64,000 nucleotides of DNA from Hamiltosporidium tvaerminnensis FI-OER-3-3 (taxonomy: Eukaryota; Fungi; Microsporidia): NCBI GenBank assembly GCA_022605425.2, contig JAKIMF020000001.1, forward strand, positions 1 through 64,000, given 5' to 3'. The position numbers and the translations under genes are program-made. The notes under the pieces were generated by a model. That model saw only the letters and a program-made list of their open reading frames with translations. It was not told the DNA's origin and did no database searches. The number at the start of each line of letters is the position of its first letter. Within the stretch, counting starts at the first letter, position 1. Below, piece by piece: positions 38,793 through 53,300 of this stretch.

Positions 38793-40364
38793 ATGAGATA
38801 TGAATATACCAAAGCAGATCTTCTAATAAATTATGTAAAATTTGAAGATAGAAAACATCATTTTGAAAAAATTCTTGGTGCCAGAAATTACTGTCACACA
38901 CCAAATGATGAAAATCTTATGGATTTTTATTCCAGATACATCGATGTTATGATATGGCATTTTAGAAATGCCTATTCTTTTACTGATTTGTACCAACAAA
39001 TCATAAAAATTATGTGTACTTTGAATATAAAATTCAATGCACATTTCATTTCAAAATATTTAAAATTTTTTGTTTTAAAATGTTGTTTGAATTGCAACAG
39101 CAGTATTACTGGATATTCCAAAGTAATGATTTTTATTGTAAAAGAATATCCGTTTAATTTTTTACAGAATATTTGTAGTGAATTTCTTTGTTTAATTATG
39201 AATTTTATATATCATGAAGAAATAATTGAACTTTTTAAAAATACTTTTAAATTGAAAGGTACAAATCTGTATAGATGGCTTATTTTTTTGAAAGAAAATG
39301 ATTTTTTACAAAGTTTATTTGAAAGATTAGAAAAGGGAGAAGAAGTGTACAACACGTGTAGAATAATACTTAGTGTGTTGAATGTTAGTTGTATGTTACT
39401 TGGTAATAAAATACTAAGAATTGAAGAATGGAAAAATGTGGGATTTTTGAATGAAATTTCTGATAAAAGTATGTTTCTAATTGAATTATTTTTGATGCAA
39501 CGAAGTTTTCGAATTTTAAATGTTTTATACAATATCTTAGCTTTGATTTTAACTTATAAGAAAAATATGAAAATTTGTGTGATTTGTATGGTTTATCAAA
39601 AAAAATTGGAACAAAAAGAATTAAATTTTTTGACAAATTTGGAAAGTTCGATTTCCTTTTTTGAAATCATGTTGATGATTAAAATGTTACTGAGTAAAAG
39701 ATACACCCTTATACGTGTTATATATTCATTGAAGGTTCATGTATTACTGGTGGAATACTTTTTTAAACATTCTGGTCATTCTGGCTACCATATGTGTTTC
39801 TTTAATTTTGTAAGATATTTTTTTATGTTCCCCGTAGGACTGAATGCCAAAATATTATATGACATTTTATTTCAGTGTTGCTTTATAGAAAGGATAGAAC
39901 TATGGACAAGAGAAGTTCTTGCAAAGGAATTTGAAAAATTTCCAGCTGTTCCTCCAATGACTTCATATCTAATAAAATTTTATGAATTGCTCTTCGATTT
40001 AAAAAATGAATGTGAAATGATAACAAAAAATATGCCAAAAACTGATTCAACAAAGAACATAGAAGATTTATATGATAATAATTCTGATACCAATACAGAT
40101 TATGAAAATGAAAGAAATTTAGATTGTTACGTTTTCTTCGATTCAAAATTAAGTTTTCTTGATTCTGAAGAATGGATTTCTCTCAGAGAATTGTATTTTG
40201 ATAGATTAAATAGAAAATTAAAATTATCTTATAGTGATTTAAAAGAGATAGATTGTTATATTGAAGATTGTATTCAAGAACCGTTTATTAGATATATTTT
40301 TAGAGTTTTATACAATGATTTTCCAAGTTGTAGTTTATTTGATGAAAATCTTCGAAATATATGA
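38793..40364 (+). CDS. Helical-repeat protein, probably SIT4/PP6 phosphatase-associated (SAPS) family
   Basis: 523-aa intact ORF with upstream aacccacgcc. GYSKVM, WLIFLKENDFLQSLFERL and LLVEYFFKHSGHSGYH resemble SAPS blocks (GYF.KI, WL.E..LI..L, LFF.YPWN.FLH). Family call is inference. Confidence 0.6.
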   Translation: MRYEYTKADLLINYVKFEDRKHHFEKILGARNYCHTPNDENLMDFYSRYIDVMIWHFRNAYSFTDLYQQIIKIMCTLNIKFNAHFISKYLKFFVLKCCLNCNSSITGYSKVMIFIVKEYPFNFLQNICSEFLCLIMNFIYHEEIIELFKNTFKLKGTNLYRWLIFLKENDFLQSLFERLEKGEEVYNTCRIILSVLNVSCMLLGNKILRIEEWKNVGFLNEISDKSMFLIELFLMQRSFRILNVLYNILALILTYKKNMKICVICMVYQKKLEQKELNFLTNLESSISFFEIMLMIKMLLSKRYTLIRVIYSLKVHVLLVEYFFKHSGHSGYHMCFFNFVRYFFMFPVGLNAKILYDILFQCCFIERIELWTREVLAKEFEKFPAVPPMTSYLIKFYELLFDLKNECEMITKNMPKTDSTKNIEDLYDNNSDTNTDYENERNLDCYVFFDSKLSFLDSEEWISLRELYFDRLNRKLKLSYSDLKEIDCYIEDCIQEPFIRYIFRVLYNDFPSCSLFDENLRNI

Positions 40365-41577
40365 ATTTTGTAACAAATTTAAATTTAAGTGATCAGAAAT
40401 ATTAAAATTTTATATATTATCTAACATATTTCAGTATTATTAGACACATATTAGGCTTAATTTAGTTTAAATATAGTGTAAATGATTTTTTTTTAAGTTC
40501 CCTAATTTATCTTTAAATTATGGATGAAATAAAGATCAAATAAATATTTTTATTTAATCAATACAAAATTCTAATATTTGTTAGAGTATAAATAATTTTA
40601 GTTATTTTTACCTTCTTTATATTATTTATATCACAAATGTAGTATTTTTTTACATTTAATTTTAATATTTTCTGTTATTTAAACTTTCCACGGGTCAAAT
40701 TTGTGACATATAAGTAAAAAATCAACATAAATTTCGCGAAAATTTGCTAAACATTTCGAAACACTTACGATCTACCATGTATGATGTTCAAATTATTGAT
40801 TGTTTTATAACAATTGATGCCATAAGAGTCAGAAATATGTGTTTAGGGAATAAATAAAAGAGTATCGTGAAGAATTTGACAATCTATGCATTTATTTTCA
40901 ATTTTTTATTTTACAAAAAAAAAATTTGCAAAGATGATGTTTTTTATGGCATTCACAGAAGATGCAAATATTAAAAAGTAGAAATTTTATTAAAGTCAAT
41001 CTTGGAATTTCTGATTGCGAGTTTTTAACTGGCAGTTTAATTTATTTAGTTTACGGGGAAACAAAAGATCTCTATGCTCCTCAGTTTTAATAAATATTTC
41101 TTTGATCGGTGTACAATCAGAATTGAACCAAAACCTAATTACTTTCTTGTATGCCGCTTTTAATCCATCCAGGGCTTGATTTTCGCATTTAAAGTGCCAG
41201 CTCACTTCCAGATCTCTTTATATTAAAAACAATCGCTATATTGATTGAGATGTAAACATGTATATTTAATTTAAAGAACACTTTATTAAACACGGGTTTT
41301 TTATTATTTTGATTAAATACTATCCAATATAATTTGGACTTATTTTCTTCAAGTATTTATGTTTTGTAGTTTTTTCTCCAAAACTTTTTTTGCTGTAAAA
41401 TAAATGCTTTTTTTTGCAATAAAAATCGTTCGATTGTTTTTTGTAGGAAAATATTTGTCATTATGGCCTCCTAGAACTGCGTGTAAATTTTGCTGATCTC
41501 TATAACTGAGTCATGTTTTAGAGCACCATTTCATTTATAATTAGCGGCTTTGAAATTGATATATTCATTGATAAAAT

Positions 41578-42269
41578 CAAAGGTCTCTAACCTTTTTGGC
41601 TTGCGAACCACATTTACTTCTAAAAAAAGTATTTCGGCCCAAGAAATCTTTGCTTTTTATGCCACCTTACTCGAAAATATTTCTGAAATTTTTATTAATA
41701 ATATTTTTACATCAAATTTTAAGGTTTAAGTAGACATTATTAAAAATAAACATGTATATTAAGAATATTTCTATACATAAATAAACAAATAAATTATTAA
41801 AATTACTAAGAGTCAAGCAATTTAATCACTTCATATATTTACTCGATGTTTTATTTCCGCTTTCGGCTCTACCTATTTATATAAAGAATCTGTCTTTAAA
41901 ATGAAATATACAAAAAAAATTTACAAAGCTAAATTGCCAGATAACGCCTTGACGCGTTATAGGTAATTTATACCAAGTAAATTTAACCCATAATTTCAAC
42001 AAATTATCATGAAAAGCTTAAACTACAGTAATCTCTGTAATAATAAATTATACCATATATTTTTTGCTAATTTATTTTAATTTTTTAGCAAAATAATAAA
42101 AAAATACTGAAAACTTTATGAATCTTTTTTGTATTACAAATTTACGCGTAATTTATCTATAATTGCAATATTATTTGTTTGATTAATCTATTTTTTATTT
42201 TTTTCTTATTTTTAAAAATCGTGGCGGGAAATAAAAATTTGGCCGCGGACTGTGGTTTTGAGACCCCTG
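41578..42269 (+). mobile_element. hAT (Buster/Charlie-type) internally deleted DNA transposon
   Basis: TIRs caaaggtctctaacc and ggttttgagacccctg (reverse complement caggggtctcaaaacc). Internal remnant SAFGSTYLYKESVFKMKY.K at ~41857-41915 matches the hAT C-terminal FGSTY.CE..FS.MK motif. Right flank ctaTAaac fits an nnnTAnnn target; the TSD is not cleanly duplicated. Confidence 0.8.
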
Positions 42270-44429
42270 CTATAAACTTCGCTAATAAAATTAGATATAT
42301 CAATATTTTTTGTAATTAAATATCACTCGTGTTATGAACTTACTGTTACCTCTGTTCTGCTAGAATGGTAATGTATTTTTTCCTACTTATACACATAAAT
42401 GAACTCATTTATGAATATAGGCGCTTTGCGACGATATCAGAGTCTTTGTTAATATTATACAAAACGGGTAATTATATGTAAAAAGCCTATATTTCTACTT
42501 TAAAATCTTCTACTTTTTTTGTATTTAGGCCTCTAAAATCTCTTGTTTAGTTGGTTTGACTATAACTCGAGGTTTGCTAAATACGGTCCTTCTATTAAAC
42601 ATTTAATAATTAATATCAAATTATTACATTGTTTCTTGATGCTATGTATAACATTATGAAGTGAACATATATAATATCAGGAATGTATTCTTTGAAAAAA
42701 AAGACTACTCGAAATTTTAAGCTGAATTTTCGGCAGTCTTTTCATTAGCACAATAAGCATATATATAAAAATTTCAACAAATGTTATAGATATTGATTGT
42801 TTACTTTATATATATGGCTTTAAATTAGATATAAATCTAATATAGTAGTTCGCTATAATTTTTTGAACAAATGATTTATTTAACGAACAGATCGCAGCAA
42901 CATTGTAATTCGAAACTATAGTTATAATTCTCGACATATGAATCTCCTTGCAAAAAAAAATGCAAATTCAAGTTTTATGTTAGATTTCGATAATGTGATT
43001 GTAAATATTTTCATTTATCCTCACCATTATAACAATGATACTTTTGAATTCTTGATTTATACATCTAATATCTTGCTATTCTTTCACAAGGAAATATTTT
43101 TTAGCAGTATTTTGCAATCAAATTTTACAATTTAAATTTGGATTCTCAGATTTTAGGCAACATATACCTTTTTACATTAGCTTTATTGAATTAAGTCAAT
43201 TTTTATGAAGATTTTCAATGGGAATTGCTTTCAAAGAAAATTTTTTTGTCCAAGGTTTACAGTAATTACTTCCTCATATATTTTCTTTACGTTTTTCTTT
43301 TAGGAATAATTAGATAATGTATTCAAGGTATAAGATTTAAATAATATTCCTTAACAATTAAGTTTGAACTGTATTTTCCAAGATAATATAATAGAGTCAC
43401 ATTGTGCAAAATATTTCGTATATACATTGAAATATTGAAAATATATATTATTAGAAGTACGATTTATAGAATATTTAGGTATTAAATGGCTGTAAGTCTT
43501 TGCTATTGATTCTTTTTTAATTCAGAGGAACATCTTAATTGCAAATGTAATTAGTTTTGTTCAAATGCACAGAAAATTTTCTATTTCAATGCACTTGGTC
43601 ATGCGATAAAGTTTTCACCTTATTTTAAGTCTACTACATGATCAAGCATAAAATAATTGCTACGATTCATATTCCAAAATGCAAATTTATGAGAGGTTTT
43701 TAAGTTTCGCTTCGAAGTATTCGAGATCGATTTCACTACTTTATATTTTAATTAAAAAAATATTTTCATAGTCTTAAATAAACACAAACATGCACTATTT
43801 TTCAAGATGTTGATAGGCGAACTTTAAAATTCAAATATAAGCCGTATCTAAATATCAAATTGAAAGAATATCAATTCTACCTCAGTTACATTGCTGTAAT
43901 TCAGGTTTAGAACTTTGTTTCTTATACTATTAGATATTATTATGACAAAAGCGATTCTATATAAGGAGTATATATTTCATCTTTTTGCATTCGAAATCGT
44001 GACTTAATCAAATACACAGTAATTATGAGCTGAAAACTTTTTGTTTTACAAAAGTTCATGGTTTTCGAATTTTAACAAAGAATTCTACCTTACTTGTTAT
44101 TTCTTAAAAATGAAAGTTTTTACAGAAATTATATGCTAATAAAAAAAATTAAATATAAAGTTTTCTAAATAAATTAGAATATATGTTTCTGCTTGGGGAA
44201 TTAGAAGATTTTTAGCAGGATCACCTGGTCTTAGTAGTATATATTATACCAGTAAGTTGAGTACTGATTTATTTTTGGACGTTTAGCTAGCAATGTTATA
44301 TAGACATAATATTTATAAAATTTTGAAATTTACTATTATAAAAACTTCAAATAAGCTCTGAGTCTAAATATCCCGTTTGCAAATGTTAAAAAAGTCTATT
44401 GGCTGTGCATCCCTTTTTTTCTTCCAAAA

Positions 44430-45105
44430 AATGCACATTTATATTTTTATTATGAAATGAATGTAGTTCTAGGTTTCATACATAACTGTTTCCCTTTCAA
44501 TCAGTTATAGGTACTCACTATCGCAAACATGGAAAAGACATTATGTTAAAAAACATGTAGAACTTTTTAATAGGCGACATATGTTGCACGATGGTCTGCT
44601 ATTGGGTGTGATATCGCAGGATGAAACATACATTAGGCTTAATCAAGATCAGATGTGTTTCTTTTACTTAATACTCATCTAACCGAATAGTATTTCTTGA
44701 GAAGATATATATCAAGAACTTATATAAAGTCGATCTGGTTCTTGTATGTCGTATCCACCGGTATTATCTTCTACTTAGTCTCCCTTCCATTAAAGTATTT
44801 TATTTTTGTATTTTGAGCACTAAGTCTTCTCAAATGTGTAATAAAGGCTGTATCTCTTTGCCTTTAAATGACAATAGCCTACACACCAATCGGTTCTATT
44901 TAAGTTTATTAAAAACTTACAAATTCAAGTAAGTAAAATTTATTATTTGCAGTTAATTTTCTCTTTGTACAACTTTTTATGAAACAATCAAAAATTAAGT
45001 GTGAGGCAATGTCCCCAAAAACCTTAAAAATTATACTCAGACTTTCTTCACATAATCATTGTCATGCAGATGTCTTTTAAATTGATTTATCTCTCACTCA
45101 ACATA
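44430..45105 (-). repeat. ~720-bp dispersed repeat family, copy F (most diverged)
   Basis: gtagttctaggttt, aagatatat...acttat, gcactaagtcttct and cattgtcatgcaga are colinear with B/D/E. Confidence 0.7.
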
Positions 45106-46092
45106 TTTTGAACCTTTTTCTATGATTACCTAGTTTAGTCGCTGCATGATTTTGTTGTAAAGTTAGAAAATGCAAAAAGAATACCCGATCAGATGGAATA
45201 ACTATATACAAGGTCTCTTGCCTCTCTCTTAGGACTTAAATTTCTTTAATATTCACCAGTAGAGTAAAAATATTTATTTTATAAAAAAACAATACTTGGA
45301 TTTTCCTCCCAATTAGCTGAAATATGTTAAGCAGAGTTTTCTGATTTTTTTCGACAATTTCTTTATTCTAAACCGGGCCGTAATATTTAAAACAAAATAT
45401 TTTCCTTGAGTAAACAAACACCAACAAAAAATCAGTTTTTTTTATTTATAGTCAATGCTTATAATTTTACAATTTTTACCTTTTCATTTTGCAGAAAAGT
45501 TTGATTCAGAAAAATTTGTAGTACAGTAGAAAGCAATAAATTTATGATGTTTATCCATTTATGTTACATTTTAAAGATTTTTAAAACACTTGATTTGATT
45601 CTATATTAAACTAGATACATGATGACTAAGTCCTTTAAATTGAACTATATATTCGTTTTACTTACCATATCAGTATTTTTTGATTCTCTCTTAGTGCTCT
45701 TAGAATTTTTTTTTAAATCAAGCATTATTCTCACAATAAAGTAAATTTATTAATATTTCATTTATAACTTCAGTATCAATCTATTTTTACATTATATTGT
45801 TTTAATAATTTTTTTGGACAGAAATTTTAAGTCCGAAATAAAAATTTCTTAAATATCCTGATTCAATCATGAGAATAAAAGAGTTCATTAATCTGATTCG
45901 ATTTATTTCTTTTTTAAGTAAAAAATATATTTATTTCGATTATTCTCTCATGTATTATTTCTTCCTTGTATTTATTTTTTGTTTAAATGAGACTGAAAAT
46001 AAAAGAACTATTTGGAATCTGTAATGTTTTTTTTGCTTGTTTTCGATTGCTTTATTCTAGGCTTTATCTGTTTCGTTTTAAAGTTACTTTAG

Positions 46093-46237
46093 ATTTAGCC
46101 TTTCTTCCATATTTCGACCGAATATCTTGATTTTGAAGTTTTCGTCTATATTTTGAAGTTCGTTGGATTTAGCCTTTCTTCCATATTTTGACTGAATATC
46201 TTGATTTTGAGATTTTGGTCTACATTTTGAAGTTCAT
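46093..46237. repeat. ~75-bp tandem duplication (atttagcctttcttccatattt...ttttgaagtt)
   Basis: Two adjacent near-identical units, possibly inside a decayed minus-strand gene. Confidence 0.75.
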
Positions 46238-47384
46238 TGATTTTGGTATTCATTCCTTAAGATTATCCTTTTCCTTGTGTCTATGTATAGTAAGGTATGG
46301 GTTATTCAAGTCTTTGCTGCTCGGATTTCATTTAATGATCTAAATAAATTTATATGATTTTATACTTTTCAAACTTATGTTTTAAATAAACAGTTGAATC
46401 AGTATAATTCTATAGAAGTTATATGGTTAAATTAGAAAATTCCTACGATTATAAAATATTTGTTCGATTCTTTATCAATGTTTTTTGGCTTTAATTCAAG
46501 AATAGTTGTGAAACACGTCGTGATACCAAAAACATATTTTTGATATAAAATACCATTAAATGGCTGAAAATTTTAACAATTGCATTAAATACAAAAATTT
46601 ACAATTCGAATAATAGTTTGAAAAACTACACGAAAGAATAAAATAAATTGGGATTTAACATTTATAAAAACCCTAAAAAACAGAGAATTCCGTTAACATG
46701 AAAAAATCTATTGATTTTGCAATAATAATCGTACATTGTAATTATTTTAGATCTAAAAATTTATCTACACAAGCTTTTTTGAGATTAAATTACCAATTAA
46801 AATGTTTGCTTACATAAGCTTTGTAATTTTAAAAAATCAAAGCAAAAATTTTTATTTTTCCTTTTTTGCAATATTAATATAAGGTACACGCTAATAGTCT
46901 AGAGGTGAAGATAATAGAATCATCTCTCAAGAACTGAGTTCTACCCCCTGATGGTGCACTCTTTATCTTTCTTAAATGAAGGTTTGTGTTGGGTTGACAA
47001 CACAAACTGAAAAAGAAAAACGTCTATAAAACGCCTTTTTTAGGAGAAGCTACAAATATACTTATGAATTTTGTTTCATCTGTAGGGAAATAACAAGCTA
47101 AATAAAATATAATGTAGATCACTATTATGTTTCAAATAAATTATTTTCCCCTAAATTTATATTTTTAAACATTTTGCAATTCACAAATTAAAAAGTTATT
47201 GAGGTCCCGCGTTTATTTATCTCTTAAATTCAACGAGATAATTTTTTTTTCAAATTTTAGAAATGTCAGGTATATTAAAAAGTAAAAGAAAATAGTATAA
47301 TAATTAGAAAAATTGTAAAAGAAAATGTAAAATTTAGTCTTATCCTACATTTTATAGACCCAAATATAAATTCTAGTATATTTT

Positions 47385-50300
47385 TCAAGCTAATGTATAA
47401 TCATTTATATTTTGAATATATTGTAATCCATTTTCGAGATCCTCTTTGTACTTATATTCTGGTAATAGAAATAGATTTGAACCTGTAAATGCCTTCGGAA
47501 ATTTATATTCTAAAGCTACCAATTCAATCGTAAATCTTATATCTTGAAACTTACAAGCTGTAAAGCCACCGTGTGGCAGTTTTTTTAATTCAGTAATAAA
47601 ATAAAAGATCTGAAATCTTATTGTTTCTTTACTTTCAGTTATATATTGCCAAAGCCATTTAATAACTTGATGATCTTCATGGCAATTTGATGAATATTTT
47701 GTATTTAACTTCCAAACATCAATTTTAATGTTGTTTCGCTTTCTAATATACTTCTTAGCTCATCAAATGTAAATATTTTATAAAATGGTTCAGAAAAAAT
47801 TTCTCTGAACCTTTTTTTTAATTCCTGAAAAAACATGCCTGTATTTCTAAAAAGCTTGAATTCCGTCATTTTAAAAATGTAATCTTCGAGATTTTTCTTT
47901 GATACTTTGATTTTTGATCCATTATTTATCAAATCATACGATTTATAAACACTATTTATTTTTACTATGGTCGTAAAATTATATTCATTCAACTGGTTTT
48001 CTTCCATATTTCTCAATGAGATCAAGCTTGTGTAAAATTCGAAATCAATTATTTTTAAATCTTCTATCTCTTAATTATCCTTAATTATGTTTAAGTAAAA
48101 AGCATCTATAAATTTCATACTCATTACGCAACCCATTATAATACACTTAGCCATAACTATTCCTGTGTAAAAATATATTTCTTTTATTTTTTGATGTGAT
48201 TCTTTATCAAATTCCACGATTGTGTTTTCTTCGTTCGCAAAAGCAATAAAATATTCATTTTCATTCAAAATGCTTCCATAAAGATCAAAAAACTCGAAGG
48301 TTGGCCCGATTCCTGTCCCATCTTCAGCGGTGAAATGTACAAACCACATTTGTGTTTTAACTTCAGAGGGCTGCTTTTTTCGAATATTTTCTATGAATGA
48401 ATCAATAACTGAATCTCTTTTGACTGCTAAATGAAATTTTCCTTGTAAATTTACTAATTTTTTGTAATAATTCCATAATAAAATAAGTTTCTTTGTTTCT
48501 AAACCAGTATAATTTACAAATAGATCAATACGGTTGTTTTCAATTCTTGATTCCAAGAAGCCTACAAAAAAATTCAATTCAAAGTTAATATTCTTTTTTC
48601 TGTCGTTTATATTTTTTTCTTTGAGAAAAATTGTAGGAGTAATCTGAAAAAAGAAACATATATAATCTCTATACCTTATAAAATCATTTGATAATGGGAT
48701 ATCTGAAAATTTTCGTAAATTAAAATAAATTTCACAATTTTTCAAAATAATATCAAAAAAACTAAACGATGATTGCTTAAAATTTTCATCATTTAATATC
48801 CTATTTATCCTATCAGTATAAAAATCCGATTGAAAGTTTTCAATATAAGCTTTATATATCTTTCTAGTAGTCTCATCTATAATTACCTGGATTGTATTTA
48901 ATTTTTTAAAAAGTTCATTTTATCTATTTCTTCTTCACATTTTTGTTGATTTGAATTGATTCGAGAATATAAATTTAATACTTTAAGTTTCTGAAGATTA
49001 AATACTAAAAGTGCAGTAAAAATTCAAGATGTTTTTGTTTTGGAGTTCTAACTAGGTAACTTTCAAACGATAAAATATCAATAAAAATTTTGTTCGATTT
49101 ATTAGAGGTTTTAACATGAGAATCGAATAAATATTTTATAATCTCTTCGCTATGTTCATTTAAAATAAAATTTTTTGTAATTTTGAAGAAAATTAATTCA
49201 AATAAAAACATTTCGAAAATTTCATAACTCGAGTCTAATGAGTATTCCTCCATATTTATCAAAATTTGCTTAAGAAAATCAATTTTCGTTTTAAAATACT
49301 CATCATTTCTCATTTTCTCTATTTCTGAAAGTTTTAATTTCAAGTTTCTAAAGAATTCTAAATTTGTAGTTCTCGCGCTCAACATTATAAATATTGTTCG
49401 GAATAGCTCAATCGATATACAGAACTTATGTATATATTCATATGGAATAAATATGGCATCAAGATAACAATCATAATAGTCATCTTCTGAAAATGATTGT
49501 GTGACATTTTTATTGGTAAGAAAATAATTCACATAAGTCATAAGTGACGATTCTCTTTTTATAGGTATAAAATTTGTTTTGAATATATATGAATAGTCGT
49601 ATTTGTGACATAACTGGAAAACTCGGGCTTCTCATTCATATTTTCAGAATTATTTGATATTATAGCATGTATTGCATTTGAAACTTCATTCGGAAAATTA
49701 TACTTGATAATTTTTTTTTTGAGCTTATCAACTTCATTAAGAAAACTTTCACATTTATAACCAAATAAATTCAAATATAAATCAAAAAATGTAAACCGAA
49801 CAAAATAAATATTCAAATTTTCAACGATACTATTTTTGTATTGAAATTTATACTCACAAAATTCTTTCTCTGTATAAGCATGGAACCTTGTCATATAACC
49901 AAAATCGATCGTTGAAAGTAAATTTTTACAACTAATATTAAACTAATTTTCATCATTAGATTCTATATATTTTGTTCTGATAAACTGAAAACAACCAATT
50001 CCTTTAGTTTACTGAACATTTTTGAAGGATGACAAAATTTAAGGGAACTATAACTACATATATACGGATAGGTTATTAGACAAGAAATACTTATAAAAGG
50101 GTTATTCTTATTCAAATATGCCACAAATATACTCATTAGTTTTAAATTATAATGGCCTGTTTCTTCATATGTATTGCTTTCGATAAATCTAGGATTTCTG
50201 ATTGATTCTGATAAAATTTTTAAAATATTATTTTCTATAAATGCCTGACAAATTTCAAACTTTCTTTTTTGAAAAGAATCGCTACAGTTTTTATCCTGTG

Positions 50301-53300
50301 ATTTATTATTAAGCTTATAAGAGAAAAATTCTGGAATTTCACAGCAACAAATTTCAGAGATTAAAATTCTATTTATCAAATTAAGTACCAAATAGTACTT
50401 TTTATCATTACAATCCGATAACAAAGAACACAAAATAGAAACATACTTTTGTAAAAATTCAGACTCACATTTGTATAAGATGACTGTAATGAGGAATCCA
50501 AATTGAAAATTAATATTCCACTTTTCTTGTTGCTCTAAATTTATGAAAACAACCGAGGAATTTAAACAAAGCATTTTTTGAACGAAAGCTTTATTCATCT
50601 TGTCTTTAATGAAATTAAAGTAATATGGATGTATAGAAAGTAATTCTCTTAGAATCTGTAAAGATATTATTGATTTGAAATAATTTTTTTTTTTCTAAAC
50701 TCATGAAGACATCATTTACTATTTTAATATTAATCTCTAAAATATTTTTCTCAAAATAAATTTCATGATTAGCAAATTTATCTAAATTAGAATTCATATA
50801 AATAAAAGTTAAATCAAAATATTCCAAAACAGATTTCGGTATTTCACTGTTGAAATCTAAAAATTTTAAAAATGATGACAAATGATAAAATTCATCGCTT
50901 AAAAGATATATAATATATGAAAAAGCATAATTAAATATTGTATGGTTTGATTTTTTGATTTCATACATATTTTGCTCTAGCAAAGATATAACATTATTAT
51001 AACTTACTAAATTGTAAATTTCTTCTTTAGTAATGGTATTCGCATATTTTGATAAACGAACCAACGTTATAAGATATTTAAGGCACGCTCTTAAATCATA
51101 TTTGCTTGTTTTAAGACCTTGGAGAAGTAAGCAATTTGTTTCATAATTGCATCTTTTATCATAGTTTATATTAATGTTGATATTATTACAAACTATTTCG
51201 AGAAATATGGTTTTGTGGTAATAATTTATAATATCATTTTCAAATTTTTCCAAAATAGAGTGATTATTATAGAAAAATAGAAAAATATTTTTGTGCTCTT
51301 CTTGTAATTCATAAAACAGTTCTAATAATTTATCTTTATCGTTACAAAAAGTTTCAATTTTTGTTATAATAATCTTTATTATTCTAATTTTCATATTCTC
51401 ATCGTCTAAACACATATTTTTAGATAATTTTATGCACAAATTAATTGTTTGCAAAAAAATGTCAGATAACAAACCAATTTTTTCCAAATTGTAGTTCTTT
51501 ACTGTAGCACAATTTAAAAAATGAAAGATATTAGTTATTTTGAGCAAGTGGTGATATTTATCGAGTATTTTTATTATTTCTAGATACACAGTAATATATT
51601 TGTGGATATTTACTTTATATCTGAGTTCGGTCAAATTAAAAAATATACTGTTCATAACATCCTGAAAATCTTTTATCTGATTTAATTGCAAATCATGCAA
51701 GGTAATATATTTTTCAAAGATTTTATTTATAATTTCACACATTCTTGGAATCATATTTTCTAAAAAAGAAAGATTTTTATTAATGAAAAGTCTAAGGTTT
51801 TCCAAAAGATTGATATCAAATTTATAATCCAGAAAAATTTCGTAAAATGAAAAAAATAATTCTGCATCATTTTTTGTAGGGAAGGGTTGTACTATGAAAC
51901 TAAGTGTTTGTGATATCGAATACCAAAATAGAAAATGAAAACGTTCTATCAAACAATTTTCCAATTTATCGTTTTTCGATATACAATTTGTTTCATTTAA
52001 AACGAAATCATAGTGTGTTGAATTGAGGAATATTTCCGTGTTTTCAATTGTATAATCCATATGTCTAATTATTTTCTGTGCTTCTTCAAACACAGAAAGT
52101 AGCTTTTTATTTATATTTCTATCTTTAAAATTTTCTTCTATAATAAAATAATCTTTTTTTGACTCATAAAAGCATAGAAATGAAATAAAATATCCAAGAT
52201 GATTAAAAAAAACGATGCTTCTTTTGTCTGCCTGTACCATTTCAAACATTTTTAATTCGTCTGACAAAGATGATAGAAAAATTTCTCTAAATAGGTCGAC
52301 GTCAAAATTCTTCATAAAATTTATTGAGATTTCCCAAATTATATGAATATTGTTTGAGAAAAATAAATTATTTGGTTTTGAAACAAGTAAGCTATATAAT
52401 TTCGAAACCGAAATAAATTTTATGTTTTTCTGTGAACTTATAATATATACCAATCTTAAGAAATGCCATAAATGTATCTCATTATACCAAAAACAATCAA
52501 TCGCCTGATGATAATCTGCAGATATGAATAAATTTTGAAATTTGAAACGGGTAATTGATATTGAGAAATTTTCACTCATTTGTCTGAAATCTTCAATGTC
52601 TTTTTTTCTATATTCTATATTTTCAAATATGCATTTAATAATAAAATCAACTTTAAAATCCATACATTCCTCATTGGATTCCAACAAATTATTTAGGTTT
52701 GTCGCTAGAAGTGACAAAATGTCATTAAAATATTCCCAAATATATGCAATTTCTATATTTCTGAAATATATAATAATAACTGCGTTTAATATATGGTATA
52801 TTTTGATTTTCATAGAATTTTCACGATATATATTTATTATTGATACTATATTATACAATGTGTTGATCTGAAGTGTAATTTTGTTTTTACGATAAAATTT
52901 TAAGGTGTCTTTCAAATAACGAACTTTCAAATCTTGATTTTCATATTTTAATCCAACCTCTAACATTATTTTAATGATATTCTCAAGTATATCTGAACTC
53001 AAATTAGTGCATAATAAAGTTAAATCAAAACATTTTGTATATAAAAAGTTTACAATAAGATTGTGACGACTTTCATTATTTATAGAACTCTCCATTTTTT
53101 TATAAATACACTCTTTTATTAGCATATAGCCATTTAGAACTATCAAATTGCGATAATGAAGATTTTCTAAAATTTTGCTATATTTAAAGGCTGGTATTTT
53201 CAAAATCGGATCAAAAAAAACCAGCTTATTCAAAGTATCTACAATCAAATAAATCTGATTAAAGCTAAGTGTCTCAAAGAAACGTTACCACAGTTTTTTA

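Noticed and set aside
40996-41205. 69-aa ORF as a transposase fragment
   Set aside because: No diagnostic motif could be identified.
43300-43700. Ty3/Gypsy RT relic on the minus strand (DLK*G- and MPFGLK-like traces)
   Set aside because: Too degraded to support by eye; needs tBLASTn or HMM confirmation.
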